NCBI GenBank assembly: GCA_016839765.1
Contig: JAEOTP010000012.1
Coordinates: 128,251-192,250 of the forward strand
Direction: 5' to 3'
Source of the DNA: Promethearchaeota archaeon
GTDB lineage: Archaea > Asgardarchaeota > Lokiarchaeia > Sigyniarchaeales > SOKP01
Length of the DNA stretch: 64,000 nucleotides
Part shown: positions 37,116 to 47,984 of the stretch, piece by piece
Layout: every line of letters starts with the position of its first letter
How positions within the stretch are numbered: the stretch's first letter is position 1
Position numbers and translations under genes: made by a program
Notes under the pieces: model-generated
Database searches by the model: none
Seen by the model: only the letters and a program-made list of their open reading frames with translations
Told to the model about the DNA's origin: nothing

Positions 37116-39650
37116 TTAAAAAAGATCATCGTCTACATCTTGATTATCCTCTGGAAATCTTCCAAATTCTAGCATAAATTGTTGAAGCAGCTCACTTTCT
37201 CTTTTTGTATACATTGGATCCTCATCATAATTAAAGAAACAAGCCTTTGAGTTTGTATTTAATTGTTCTTCCAAAATTTTGCGCAAATTAGGTGTTCCTT
37301 TTATGAAAATAATTTTTTGCTTCTCATTTAAAACTTGAATGGCACCTTCAGTTTCTGGCACGGTTTGTATATTTTCAATCGTCAATTCTAACCAATTTTG
37401 AGGCGGAAGTATCACAGTAGATATTTCAAAACGTAAATCACATTTTAAACATCGATTAGCTTCCTCCATAGCTATAGTTTCATTAAAGCCTAGTTCAATT
37501 TCGTTAAAACTACTTTGACGTTCTTCTAGTGATAAAAGTGGCATTTGAGCTCGTGTTTTATCATAAAATTTTTCATCACGTCCCAACCACGGATTAGATA
37601 CATCGGATTCGACGAAATTATCGTTAATTTCACCATTACCTTCTAAATACTTATCAATTGAAGAAGCAGCTTTTCGCCCCATTTCAATTGCATCTACTAC
37701 CGAACCGGGGTTACTTATAACTTCACCACCTGCAAATATTCCGGGGATATTCGTCTTAAAAGTTTCTTCTTTAATTTGAATTAACCCTTCTGTGGAGATT
37801 TTAATTTTACTTTCACTTCCCAAAACAGATAAATCTGGGATTTGTCCTATAGCCATTATTACCATATCGGTTTCAATAGATTTTATATTGGTTTCGTCAA
37901 AGATAGGATTAAATAAGTCATTGTCATCAAATACCGAATCACAATGGATAAGCTCAACCTTAGATACTTCACCATTTGTATCAGTAATTTTTTTTGGCCC
38001 CCATGAGCAATTTAATGTTATACCTTCATCTATCGCTTTTTGAATTTCCCACTCATGAGCAGGCATCTCTTCTCTACATTCTAGACACGTTAATTGAACA
38101 TTTTTAGCCCCTAATCGTTGAGTTGTTAAAGCTACGTCTATAGCTACATTTCCTCCACCAATAACAATAACATTGTCTGTTACTTTAACTTCTTCACCAA
38201 GATTGACTTTTTTCAAAAAATCAAGACCCCAGAGAATGTTTGGCAAATTAGACCCTTCTATATTAAGTTTTTTAGTATTTTGAGCGCCAATGGCTAAAAA
38301 AATAGCATTAAAGCCCTGTTCTTTCAAATCTTTAAGTGATAAATGTTCACCTATAACTTTATCAGTTTGAATATCAATTCCTATGCTTAATATATGTTCA
38401 AGATCTTTTTCAAGAACGGCTTGTGGTAATCGATATTCTGGAATTCCTACTCTTAACATGCCACCTACATAAGAATTAGCTTCAAAAACTGTGACAGAAT
38501 GTCCAAGCCTTTTTAAATAATAAGCTGTTGTGAGTCCTGAAGGACCAGAGCCTACCACTGCTATTTTTTTCCCGGTTGGGGGGCTGATATTTATTTTTGA
38601 ATTCCATAAATCACTATCATGGTCCATTGCAAATCGTTTTAAAGCACATATAGCAATGGGATCATTAATTTGGCTTCGACGACATGCAATTTCACAATCA
38701 TGGAAGCATACCCTTCCAAGAACCGAAGGAAAAGGCGTTTTTTCTCTTACGACTGCTGCTGCTTCAGCAAATTTTTTCTCTGAAATTAATCGAATATATC
38801 GTGGCACATCAATTCCTAATGGACAAGTATCTCTACAAGGGACAAGCAATTTTTCACGTTCAGCCCAAAGGATATCTTTATCCGTGAGTGCTCCTGTAGG
38901 ACAAACCTCAACACAGGCTCCACAAAATTTACAACCGGATTCTTTGAGAGAAGGCGCAATACTTCCAACTATAGTTTCTCCATTAGAATAAACAAACCCT
39001 AAGGCTTCAATGCCACGAATATCGCGACATACCCTCACGCATCTCGTACATCCAATACATAATTCATAATTTCGGATAAATAATGGTTCATTTTCTATAA
39101 TATCACGTTCTTGGGGCTTGTATCGTGGAGTGTCTTCTCGAATTCCGATATATTCAGCTACTTTTTGTAATTCACATCGCCCTAATATTGGGCAACAACG
39201 TTCATCCACCGGAACATTAGGTGAACATGGTTCACGACTACAACCCTCACGTTGGGCACACATTAAGCATGCATGGGGATGTTTCGAAAGAATTACTTTT
39301 AATTTCTCTAAGCGTAGAGCTTGAATTTCTGATGTATCAGTTGAGATTATCATACCTTCTTCTACAATGGTACTACAGGACGTTTGTAAGCTCTCAATTC
39401 CTTCTATTTTTACAACACAAAGTTGGCACCCTTGATGTCCTTGAGTTGAATTGGTTGAATTTTGATTTTTAAATCTAGTATTCCCTTGGAAAATATATTC
39501 ATTTGGCTTTAAACCTACTAGAGGTGGCAAATCAGGATGGGCACAAAGACTGGGAATATAGATTCCAGCATTTTGTGAAGCTTCTAAAATAGTAATTGCT
39601 TTCTTGACATCAATTTTTGTTCCATTAATAGTTATTGAGATTGTATCCAT
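37116..39650 (-). CDS. bzdV: BzdV-like NAD(P)H:ferredoxin oxidoreductase (2Fe-2S, 4Fe-4S and GltD-like FAD domains)
   Basis: IPSLC...CQLCVV...TSC, HPHACLMC, CIGCTRCVRVC, CKFCGACVEVCP, GSGPSG, GGGNVA, EANRCLKC, and a C-terminal KRESELLQQF domain. Last gene of the bzd operon. Confidence 0.72.
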   Translation of the reverse strand: MDTISITINGTKIDVKKAITILEASQNAGIYIPSLCAHPDLPPLVGLKPNEYIFQGNTRFKNQNSTNSTQGHQGCQLCVVKIEGIESLQTSCSTIVEEGMIISTDTSEIQALRLEKLKVILSKHPHACLMCAQREGCSREPCSPNVPVDERCCPILGRCELQKVAEYIGIREDTPRYKPQERDIIENEPLFIRNYELCIGCTRCVRVCRDIRGIEALGFVYSNGETIVGSIAPSLKESGCKFCGACVEVCPTGALTDKDILWAEREKLLVPCRDTCPLGIDVPRYIRLISEKKFAEAAAVVREKTPFPSVLGRVCFHDCEIACRRSQINDPIAICALKRFAMDHDSDLWNSKINISPPTGKKIAVVGSGPSGLTTAYYLKRLGHSVTVFEANSYVGGMLRVGIPEYRLPQAVLEKDLEHILSIGIDIQTDKVIGEHLSLKDLKEQGFNAIFLAIGAQNTKKLNIEGSNLPNILWGLDFLKKVNLGEEVKVTDNVIVIGGGNVAIDVALTTQRLGAKNVQLTCLECREEMPAHEWEIQKAIDEGITLNCSWGPKKITDTNGEVSKVELIHCDSVFDDNDLFNPIFDETNIKSIETDMVIMAIGQIPDLSVLGSESKIKISTEGLIQIKEETFKTNIPGIFAGGEVISNPGSVVDAIEMGRKAASSIDKYLEGNGEINDNFVESDVSNPWLGRDEKFYDKTRAQMPLLSLEERQSSFNEIELGFNETIAMEEANRCLKCDLRFEISTVILPPQNWLELTIENIQTVPETEGAIQVLNEKQKIIFIKGTPNLRKILEEQLNTNSKACFFNYDEDPMYTKRESELLQQFMLEFGRFPEDNQDVDDDLF

Positions 39651-39758
39651 AATTAACACTCTTTAGTTATAATTAATTAAAGAATTAATTACTTTTTAAT
39701 TGAAATACTGAGTTTAATAGTTTTAATTTCGAACTTTTTAATTTAACATATAATTTTC

Positions 39759-40049
39759 TTACCAAGAATGAGATATTGCTTCCGGTTTACAGGCTTTTAC
39801 ACAAGGTAGTTCTTTTGTTTCACCACTAGGTTTACAAGGAGCGCATGAGTATTTAATTTTCTTACGATGATTTTCTGAAACAGTTGCTACTATCTCATCG
39901 CTTAATGGATCTAGTTCATTTTCGCCCATCTCTATAACATTGGCAGGGCATACTTCTACACACTTACCACATGAGTTGCACAAATCAGTATCTATAGTTA
40001 TAAAATACTCGCCACTTCCATCTTTATAACCATAATTTGCCTTCGTCAT
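39759..40049 (-). CDS. bzdM: Benzoyl-CoA reductase-associated ferredoxin
   Basis: MTKANYGYKDGSGEYFITIDTDLCNSCGKCVEVCP...CAPCKP...CVKAC. True start at 40049; the track ORF over-extends into bzdQ. Confidence 0.82.
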   Translation of the reverse strand: MTKANYGYKDGSGEYFITIDTDLCNSCGKCVEVCPANVIEMGENELDPLSDEIVATVSENHRKKIKYSCAPCKPSGETKELPCVKACKPEAISHSW

Positions 40050-40098
40050 TTTTCTAGGAATATAATTTATTATAAATTTATTATTAATTATAATTAAA

Positions 40099-40986
40099 TT
40101 AAGCTTTCTTGCGTTCTTTTTCGATAAGAGCTTTAGCAAATAAGGCAGCACCAATAGCTCCTGCAAGTTGTGGATCAATACTAGGCTCAGGAGCTTTAAG
40201 TTTTAATTCATCTTCTAATCGTTTTACAACTCCAATATTTTTAGCGATACCACCAGTAATAGCAAATTTTTCTTCTATTCCAAGCCGTAATAATAGAGTT
40301 ACCACACGATGTGCCATAGCTGAGCAATATGCGGCTAATACTTTTTCTTTTGGCCAACCTTTTCTGAGTAATCCAACTGCTTCTGATTTTGCAAATACCA
40401 CACAGGTACTACTAACTGGTTCGGGTTCTTCATCAACTTCTAAAGACATTTTTCCTACGTCATTAATATGCACTTGAAGTAAATCTGCAAAAACTTCCAT
40501 TCCTCTTCCAGTTCCCGCTGCACATTTATCATTCATGAGGAAAGCAGTTACTTTACCACGTTGATCACAGCGTATTGCTTTACAATCTTGACCACCCATA
40601 TCTAAAACTGTTCTTATCTCAGGGCCATAAATAAAGTTAGCACCTCGTGCATGGCACGCGATTTCTGTGATTGCTCGTTTTGCGAATGAAACGTTAACAC
40701 GTCCATATCCTGTTCCTACTATATATTGAATCTTATCTAGTGATAATCCAGTACCCTCAAGTGCCCAATCCATAGCATTATTTGCGCTGTCTGGACTATT
40801 ACTACCAGTTCTCATACTACTATAACAATAAATTTCACCATCTACCATTATTACAGCTTGAGTGCTGACTGATCCAACATCTACTCCTGCTGAGATGATA
40901 TTACCATCTTCCCATTTTAAGTCAGGGTTGGTATAACGAGATTCGGTCCATCTCCAATATTCTTTTTCTGATTGTGTATCTGACAT
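40099..40986 (-). CDS. bzdQ: Benzoyl-CoA reductase ATPase subunit Q (BcrA-like)
   Basis: EYWRW N-terminus, GVDVGSVST, TGYGR, TEIACHARG, DMGGQD, MNDKCAAGTG, STCVVFA. Confidence 0.88.
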   Translation of the reverse strand: MSDTQSEKEYWRWTESRYTNPDLKWEDGNIISAGVDVGSVSTQAVIMVDGEIYCYSSMRTGSNSPDSANNAMDWALEGTGLSLDKIQYIVGTGYGRVNVSFAKRAITEIACHARGANFIYGPEIRTVLDMGGQDCKAIRCDQRGKVTAFLMNDKCAAGTGRGMEVFADLLQVHINDVGKMSLEVDEEPEPVSSTCVVFAKSEAVGLLRKGWPKEKVLAAYCSAMAHRVVTLLLRLGIEEKFAITGGIAKNIGVVKRLEDELKLKAPEPSIDPQLAGAIGAALFAKALIEKERKKA

Positions 40987-40990
40987 GATT

Positions 40991-41776
40991 TTAACCTCCA
41001 ATTTTATCTTGAGCTATAAGCGCTGCGCCTAATGCGCTAATATATTCTGGGGCTACAATATCTTTTGGTACTAAGAGTTCAAAGCCTAAGTTCTTATTCA
41101 TTGCATCTACAAAACCAATATTATTAGCAACACCACCTATCAATGCTACATCTTGCTCAATACCTATTTGACGTACCATACTTGTATTTCTATCCGCAAT
41201 AGCGTCATGTACAGCTCGAATTATATCTTCTTTAGAAGTTTTTTGGTGAATCAATGAAACAACTTCAGATTCAGCAAAAATTGTACATTGCGCATTCATA
41301 GGTATTTGTTTTGTTGATTTTAAAGAAAGTTCTCCCATAGTTTCGATATCTACTTCTAATGCTCTTGACATAGCTTCAATAAACGCACCAGCTCCAGCAG
41401 CACATTTCTCATTTATTCCAAAATCTTTGACTTTTCCCTTATCATCGATTTTTACCACCAATCCTTCTTCTGCTCCGATATCGATAATAGTACGAACTGA
41501 AGGGAAAAGAAAAAATGTTCCACGACCGTCACAAGTTATAGTTGTAACATTATCATTTGCAAAAGAAATAGCTTCCATTCCGGCTCCAGTCGCCGTAATA
41601 TGTTTAATATCTTCACGTTTAATTCCTGCATTTTCAATAGCACTATCTAATGCTTGTTGTGCGGATTCCTCTTGATCAAATCCACTTAATATTGATGCTG
41701 TTGACAATATGTTATTTTCTTTTAAAATAACTACCTTAGTATTTTTACTACCACAATCAATCCCAGCTGTTATCAT
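40991..41776 (-). CDS. bzdP: Benzoyl-CoA reductase ATPase subunit P (BcrD-like)
   Basis: MITAGIDCGSKNTK, DIGAEE, INEKCAAGAG, MNAQCTIFAESE. Confidence 0.85.
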   Translation of the reverse strand: MITAGIDCGSKNTKVVILKENNILSTASILSGFDQEESAQQALDSAIENAGIKREDIKHITATGAGMEAISFANDNVTTITCDGRGTFFLFPSVRTIIDIGAEEGLVVKIDDKGKVKDFGINEKCAAGAGAFIEAMSRALEVDIETMGELSLKSTKQIPMNAQCTIFAESEVVSLIHQKTSKEDIIRAVHDAIADRNTSMVRQIGIEQDVALIGGVANNIGFVDAMNKNLGFELLVPKDIVAPEYISALGAALIAQDKIGG

Positions 41777-42276
41777 ATTAAACCACTTTCTATATTTTCT
41801 TTAAAATTTTTATTGTTATAGATTTTATTATTAGTTTTAATAAGACCCAATCGACTTGCTGAAAAAACTATAATTAAATCAAAAATCATCAAAAATGGGA
41901 TAGGAAAGATAATGACAAACAAATTATCTCCTTGTGAATTCCGAATAAATATTCTAGGTATAGATAATACTAAAATAATTAATTCACTAAAAGCACCGCT
42001 CAAAATAAACCATTTTTTGTTATAATTATACTTTCCAACAATAATTAGAAAAACATATATCACAAAGATAAGCCTAAAAACACAAAATTCAAAATAAAAC
42101 TGAAACGCACTAAAAAATCTTATTGAATACCATGCAGGGTTAAGAGGAACTTCCCATATCATTGAAACAATACTGTTTGGTCCTTGTGGAGCAAGATCTA
42201 TCATGATACCAAAAGGAAGGAAAAAAACTACTAAAATAGTTAAAATACCAATTATAATTGATATATTTCGTTTCAT
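41773..42276 (-). CDS. Hypothetical 4-TM membrane protein inserted between bzdO and bzdP
   Basis: Four hydrophobic segments. Its stop overlaps the bzdP start (ATGA). Confidence 0.65.
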   Translation of the reverse strand: MKRNISIIIGILTILVVFFLPFGIMIDLAPQGPNSIVSMIWEVPLNPAWYSIRFFSAFQFYFEFCVFRLIFVIYVFLIIVGKYNYNKKWFILSGAFSELIILVLSIPRIFIRNSQGDNLFVIIFPIPFLMIFDLIIVFSASRLGLIKTNNKIYNNKNFKENIESGLI

Positions 42277-42330
42277 GAGTTTATCTTCCAATGTTTTTAA
42301 TAATGTATTTTTCAGATTAAATTGTCTATT

Positions 42331-43647
42331 TTATTTTATATTTACTTTTTCTATTCCTAATGATTCCATGAAGGCATCTACACGCTTCATAGTTCTCTCA
42401 AGATCAAATTCTCTCTCATCTCCCATATTTCCTTCAAATGGCATTGTTGGAATCCCAGCTTTTTGAATGGCTAAACGATTTTCCGCAATTCCAAGGCTTA
42501 ATCCCTCACATCCTCTATTATAATGAAGAAAAACTCCGTCTAATTTCCATTCACGAGCTATTCGAATCATCATTTCGGATTTGAGTTTTGGATGATAAAA
42601 ATGTTGCCATTCTGGTTTACTTAAATTCCAATCGGTAAGAGCTCGTAATGCTTCATCCCTATTAGTTATTTCAATATCAGGAATGGATTTTGCTCCCCAT
42701 GTTCCATCTTCTTTCACTTCCCATAACCCAATAAGGCCGAATGTGTAAAGGCTTCCGACTGAAACACAACCATAGTGCTCTAAATAACGAAATATTCTTA
42801 AAAATGCCCATGGTGGTTGAGTATCTGTCATAATACGGCATTTCTCATTCCCTACAGCAGCTATACCTCGTGCCACCCTATCTTTTACTTCTGGATACAG
42901 TTCTTTTTCATAAAAATCTGCCGTCCATTGAGCTGATTTTCTTAATGTCCCAAGAACATATAAGCTATACATTGATTTTTCATCTAAAGGAGCGGGGATT
43001 GCTTTATTTAGCTCACAAATCGCAGACCAATAATGACAAGAACGAAATTCATTTTTAACCGCTTTGATTAATAATTCATCATCATAATCTCTCCCTGTTA
43101 CTTTTTCAAGCCATTTGATTCCATCATGCATCTGTCCAACAATATAATTAATTTTATGATCAGTCCGTTCTTCATATGGTCCCACTGAAACGTCAATTGA
43201 AAACATAGGAATTCCTCCTTCAAGTTCACTTGCTACTTGATACCATTTTGAATGGGAACAACATATATGATCTTGCCATATAAAATCTGCTTTTGGGAAT
43301 TCTTTAGAAAATTGAGGCCATGCATATTTGTTGATGAGGATAGATCCCCAATAATTACGCATATAAGAACAGAGATCTCGTGCAAATCCCTCAGCTTCAG
43401 TTGCTTCTTGACATTCTAAAGCAAATTTATCGTTAAATGCAACAGTTGCACCATAAGGCTCTCCAGTTAGGGAATATATATCCTCTCCTAAACCAGCAGG
43501 AATAGCATCAAAAGACCATGCTCCTCCTGCCCATCTTAGTCCGCCTTTTTCATGAGCCTCAGCAAAATCTCTATAATAATTCTCTCTAAGAATTTTAGCT
43601 TTATTCCAACATTTCAATGGTTCTGTTGGATATTTAGTTTTTAACAT
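42331..43647 (-). CDS. bzdO: Benzoyl-CoA reductase subunit O (BcrB-like)
   Basis: [44 protein letters not shown]. Confidence 0.9.
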   Translation of the reverse strand: MLKTKYPTEPLKCWNKAKILRENYYRDFAEAHEKGGLRWAGGAWSFDAIPAGLGEDIYSLTGEPYGATVAFNDKFALECQEATEAEGFARDLCSYMRNYWGSILINKYAWPQFSKEFPKADFIWQDHICCSHSKWYQVASELEGGIPMFSIDVSVGPYEERTDHKINYIVGQMHDGIKWLEKVTGRDYDDELLIKAVKNEFRSCHYWSAICELNKAIPAPLDEKSMYSLYVLGTLRKSAQWTADFYEKELYPEVKDRVARGIAAVGNEKCRIMTDTQPPWAFLRIFRYLEHYGCVSVGSLYTFGLIGLWEVKEDGTWGAKSIPDIEITNRDEALRALTDWNLSKPEWQHFYHPKLKSEMMIRIAREWKLDGVFLHYNRGCEGLSLGIAENRLAIQKAGIPTMPFEGNMGDEREFDLERTMKRVDAFMESLGIEKVNIK

Positions 43648-43659
43648 TTTTTATACCTC

Positions 43660-44790
43660 CTAAAAAAGATCCTCCTCTCTTATAATTTCAAGAAACGCCT
43701 CAACACGTGTTTTAAATTGGCCAATTGGTACAGTAACATCAAACTCAAGGAATAAAGTCTGAATATTAAGATTTTTTTCTAAAGCTTTCTTGATTGCAAC
43801 TGTATCCAGTTCATGTGGATCGCAAAACTTCATCTGCATAATGATAGCTCCTTTTACATCATATTCTTTAGCTAATTTGAGAATATAGTCAAGTCTTATT
43901 CGTTGAGGCCAATCTTTACTGGGACATGGTATACGTTTTATATACCTTTCTGCTATTGAAGCTAATAAATCTTCATTTACATCTACTTCCGTATTAAAAT
44001 ATCGAGTACCAGTGCAGTGCTCATCAATAACGAATCTTGCCCCTAAATCTTCAACCATTGCTACAAATTCTGTATCATCATCTTCAGACCCTAATATCAT
44101 TAATCTTTCGCCTGGATTATCCAAATTCCTCGAGGGAAGTTTCTGTAAAAGTTCTTCTAATGCTTTGTTATGTTCTCGTTTATCAGTCATTTGTGAAGAT
44201 ACCACCATATACATTGCTTCAAGGCCTGTCAGTGGTGGATTAGGATTTTTTCTTAGTTCATAAACTTGCTGTAATAATTGTCTATTAGAATTCATTATCT
44301 CAATTCCTCGTTTGAGATCATCATTTGTAATTTGCTTTCCTGTCCATTCTTCAACTGCTTTCTTGAATGTTTTTAGTTCTTCTGTTAAATATGGGACAGC
44401 GTGTGGGCTTTGAAGATGCATCGGATGTGGTAAATAATATTTAAAATCTACTGGAATATGGAGATCCCAGCTGGTATAGGCTTGTCTAATATGGAGACAA
44501 CTTTGAGCGATCATAATTCCATCAAGATAATCATATCTCCCTTTCAGACCTTGAGCTAAGCAGTCACGACAGAAAGGACAAAACATCGCGAAGATGTGTG
44601 GTTCTGAGACATCTTGAGGTTCATGACTACCTAATATCCTTACAGGCAAAATATTAGCCGCATAGAGTATCTCTTCTGGCACATATGTACAGAAATATCC
44701 TATTACTTTACCACCAGTACGTTCTTTCCATTCTTTCGCATATTCATGTCGGTTTTTATACCAATCATTAAACTGTTGAAACATTTTCAT
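43660..44790 (-). CDS. bzdN: Benzoyl-CoA reductase subunit N (BcrC-like)
   Basis: GYFCTYVPEE, MFCPFCRDCLAQG, DEHCTGTRY, KFCDPH, TRVEAFLE. Confidence 0.9.
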   Translation of the reverse strand: MKMFQQFNDWYKNRHEYAKEWKERTGGKVIGYFCTYVPEEILYAANILPVRILGSHEPQDVSEPHIFAMFCPFCRDCLAQGLKGRYDYLDGIMIAQSCLHIRQAYTSWDLHIPVDFKYYLPHPMHLQSPHAVPYLTEELKTFKKAVEEWTGKQITNDDLKRGIEIMNSNRQLLQQVYELRKNPNPPLTGLEAMYMVVSSQMTDKREHNKALEELLQKLPSRNLDNPGERLMILGSEDDDTEFVAMVEDLGARFVIDEHCTGTRYFNTEVDVNEDLLASIAERYIKRIPCPSKDWPQRIRLDYILKLAKEYDVKGAIIMQMKFCDPHELDTVAIKKALEKNLNIQTLFLEFDVTVPIGQFKTRVEAFLEIIREEDLF

Positions 44791-44896
44791 TGTCTCTATT
44801 TCTAATAATATTTAAATAAATCAATTTAATTCAAATATCCCTTAATTCATTCAATTTTGATATTTGAATTAATTAATTAAAAACTTTGTTAAACTT

Positions 44897-45943
44897 TTAT
44901 TTTTGACATAAGATGATAATTCGAATTCCTTCACCTTGACGCATAACATCAAAAGCTTCATTAATTTCTGAAAGTGGAAACTTATGTGTAATTAATGGTT
45001 TTACTTGGAGTGAACCATGTTTAACTAACTCAATAATATGTGGATAATCCACGGGACGGCAACCTAAGCTTCCCATTACTTCCATTTCCCGAAACATCAC
45101 ACGTCCAATATCAAATCCATCCCACCGTTTTGGTGAGTATCCCACGGCAATCAAACGACCCCCTGTCCGTAAGCTATTAAATGCTTGCTTCATCGTTGCA
45201 GGGTTTCCAATTGCTTCAAACGCAATATCTGCTCCTCCTCCAGTTAATTTTCGAATCATCCCAACAATTTCTCTCTCATCCTTATCTTTTGCTAAAATAG
45301 TTTCTACAGCTCCTAGCTGTTTAGCAACCTCCAACTTTTGTGGTACAATATCAATAGCAATAGCCAATCCACCCGCTGCTTTTACATTTTGAACCACATT
45401 TAAACCAATTCCACCACAACCAATAACCACCACCCAATCTCCAGGTCTTACTTGACCTCGATTTTTAACTGCATGATATGGTGTTGAAATTGCATCTGAT
45501 ATAATACAACTTTCTTCCAAAGATAATTCGGGTGGAAGATGAACTACATCTTTTATAGGAACTTTAATTTGTTCTGCAAATCCTCCATCAATGTGATTAC
45601 CAAGCATTATTTGATTACTACAAATATTTTCTCGACCAGTTCTACAATTAACGCAGTATCCACAGGAAAGCACTGCGGGAATAATAACATGATCACCTTC
45701 TTTGAAGGTAATAACGTCTTCATTTACCTTTTTAATACGTCCTGATATTTCATGACCTAAAATAAGAGGTGGTTGTTTAACTGTTGGTACACCATGTTCT
45801 AAATAACCAAAATCAGTATGACAGACGCCACATGCTTCTATTTCGATTATAGCATGACCTAACTCACTGGAAATATTTGGATTAGGATAATTATCATCTA
45901 ATTTTAAAGGCTCCTTAACCTTTTCGAAAATTGCTGCTTTCAT
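44897..45943 (-). CDS. had: 6-hydroxycyclohex-1-ene-1-carbonyl-CoA dehydrogenase (Zn-dependent MDR)
   Basis: CGVCHTD, LGHE, CGYCVNC...C, GCGGIG, GSLGC. Operon context. GGAGG precedes the ATG at 45943. Confidence 0.8.
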   Translation of the reverse strand: MKAAIFEKVKEPLKLDDNYPNPNISSELGHAIIEIEACGVCHTDFGYLEHGVPTVKQPPLILGHEISGRIKKVNEDVITFKEGDHVIIPAVLSCGYCVNCRTGRENICSNQIMLGNHIDGGFAEQIKVPIKDVVHLPPELSLEESCIISDAISTPYHAVKNRGQVRPGDWVVVIGCGGIGLNVVQNVKAAGGLAIAIDIVPQKLEVAKQLGAVETILAKDKDEREIVGMIRKLTGGGADIAFEAIGNPATMKQAFNSLRTGGRLIAVGYSPKRWDGFDIGRVMFREMEVMGSLGCRPVDYPHIIELVKHGSLQVKPLITHKFPLSEINEAFDVMRQGEGIRIIILCQK

Positions 45944-46010
45944 CTCAAAATCCTCCAATTTTTATTATTTTTATTATAATTTAAACTAATTCTTATTAAA
46001 TTTAAGAAAA

Positions 46011-46781
46011 CTAGCGATTTTGCCAATTGGGTGATCGTTTCTCTAAGAATGCTTGTAAACCTTCATTCGCATCATGTGTAGCCATTAATTCTTTAAGATA
46101 AAATTCTTCGATTTCATCTAATTGGGTTGCAAAATCAATTCCTAAAGCTTTGTTGAATGCCTTTTTTGTGTATTGTAAAATTATAGTACTTATATCATTA
46201 AATGAATCTATAAATTTAGTAAACTCTTGTTTATATGATTCATGTGGGAAAACATGATTGGAAATCCCAATTTTTTGAGCTTCATTAGCATCGATTATTT
46301 CACCTAACATAATAAGTTCAAAAGCTTTTTTATTTCCGATGATTTGAGGAAAGGCTAATACAGCAATAGGCGGAAATACGCCTACCTTTATTTCGGGTTG
46401 TCCAAATTTTGCTTTAGTTGACGTAAGTACAATATCACAGAAAATAGCAATTTCACACCCTCCACCAAGCGCAGCTCCTTTAATGCTTGCAATAGTGGGA
46501 CATTTTAACTTATTGAGCTTTCTAAAAATACCATGAAATTCCTTAATCATTTTGGGAGCTTTATCCCCCATATGATCACCAACATCAACTCCTGCTGAAA
46601 AGGCTTTTCCATTATGATCGAAAATGACTGCTTTTAAAGATTTATCTTCGAGAAAACCTTCAAGAGCTTCATTGATTTGCTCCATCATTTGTATTGTTAA
46701 TATATTCAATGAACCATTGTTGAAGATTATTTTTCCTATATTATTGGCTTTTTCTACTATAATTATATCGTTTTTCAACAT
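46011..46781 (-). CDS. dch: Cyclohexa-1,5-diene-1-carbonyl-CoA hydratase (crotonase family)
   Basis: FSAGVDV, ALGGGCE, GQPEIKVGVFPP. GGTGA precedes the ATG at 46781. Confidence 0.8.
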   Translation of the reverse strand: MLKNDIIIVEKANNIGKIIFNNGSLNILTIQMMEQINEALEGFLEDKSLKAVIFDHNGKAFSAGVDVGDHMGDKAPKMIKEFHGIFRKLNKLKCPTIASIKGAALGGGCEIAIFCDIVLTSTKAKFGQPEIKVGVFPPIAVLAFPQIIGNKKAFELIMLGEIIDANEAQKIGISNHVFPHESYKQEFTKFIDSFNDISTIILQYTKKAFNKALGIDFATQLDEIEEFYLKELMATHDANEGLQAFLEKRSPNWQNR

Positions 46782-46810
46782 AATTTCACCCAAGCTGACT
46801 ATATTTAATT

Positions 46811-47776
46811 TTAAACTTCTTTTCCACACACACCACAATACTTAAAGTCAGAAGGAATGTTTTTAGCTTGACATGAAGGGCATGTTTTAGAAGGTGGTCC
46901 CCATAAAAATTCTGGATGAGGGCTTTCTCGTACACCTCTATAATTTGGAGGGCGTTTTTCTACAAATGCCGACATCCCTTCAAGTGGTTCCCAAGAAGCA
47001 TAGTGAATTGATAACCAATCTTTTGCATGTCCAATAGTTTGATGCCAAACAAAGTCCTTCCAGAAATTAACCTGTTGTTTCGTATATCTCATGCATTCTG
47101 GAAATTTATCAATAAGTTTCTGAGACATTTTATCTATTGCATCATCTATTTCAGCATAGGGTACTACTTCATTTACTAAACCCCATTCTAATGCTTTTTG
47201 TGCTGAGATAGGCTCACATAAGTATAAAATTTCCCTTGCTCTACGATCCCCAACTATAATAGGTAACCATTGAGTAGCACCTCCACATGCCACGGAACCT
47301 ACTCTCGTCCCTACTTGTTGGATTGTTGCGTGTTCTGCTGCTATTGCTAGATCACATGCCATTTGCCATTCATTACCTCCACCTGCGACAATTCCGTTAA
47401 TTCTTGCGATCGTCGGTTTTCCAATATTGCGGAATACATCGTGAGCTTCTTGAAAGATCGACATCCATTTCCAATATTCAGCAGGTTGAATGATAAATCT
47501 TTCTCTATACTCTTTTACATCCCCGCCCGTACAAAATGCTTTGTCACCAGCACCAGTTAAGATTATCACTGCGACATTGTTATCCCAGGCAGCATCATGA
47601 AATGCTTCAATCATTTCCATTAATGTGAGAGTTGAATATGCATTATAAACTTCAGGTCTGTTAATCGTAACTTTTGCTTTCCAATCTTTCTTTTCATAAA
47701 TTATTTCCTTAAAATCAAATTCTTTTGGATCCTTTGGAGTAAAATTTGGTTCTTTTGTATAAGTCATTACTATCAC
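46811..47776 (-). CDS. oah: 6-oxocyclohex-1-ene-1-carbonyl-CoA hydrolase (ring-opening crotonase) with a C-terminal Zn ribbon
   Basis: AFCTGGDVKEY, GGGNE, GSVACGGATQWL, KFPEC, terminal CPSC...CGVCG. Confidence 0.8.
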   Translation of the reverse strand: MIVMTYTKEPNFTPKDPKEFDFKEIIYEKKDWKAKVTINRPEVYNAYSTLTLMEMIEAFHDAAWDNNVAVIILTGAGDKAFCTGGDVKEYRERFIIQPAEYWKWMSIFQEAHDVFRNIGKPTIARINGIVAGGGNEWQMACDLAIAAEHATIQQVGTRVGSVACGGATQWLPIIVGDRRAREILYLCEPISAQKALEWGLVNEVVPYAEIDDAIDKMSQKLIDKFPECMRYTKQQVNFWKDFVWHQTIGHAKDWLSIHYASWEPLEGMSAFVEKRPPNYRGVRESPHPEFLWGPPSKTCPSCQAKNIPSDFKYCGVCGKEV

Positions 47777-47871
47777 ATCTATACTTGATTTATTTGATTT
47801 CTTTTATTTTCATTATTATTCTTAGATAATTTTACAAATTAATTTAAAATTTGTTAATAGAAAAACGTTTG

Positions 47872-47889
47872 GTGGGAATAAAATACCAC
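47872..47889. promoter_or_regulatory. Putative palindromic operator GTGGGAATAAAATACCAC
   Basis: Lies in the divergent region upstream of oah. Nearly matches 60108-60125. Confidence 0.5.
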
Positions 47890-47984
47890 TAAAAGCACAA
47901 TAAAAAGAGTAATATTTAAACTGAACATTATCATAATTTCTAATGTAGATTCGAGAAAGAAAAAAGAAATGGAACTGAATAACA

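Noticed and set aside
40050-40178. N-terminal extension of the ferredoxin in the ORF track
   Set aside because: It overlaps bzdQ and AT-rich spacer DNA. The family-like sequence starts at the ATG at 40049.
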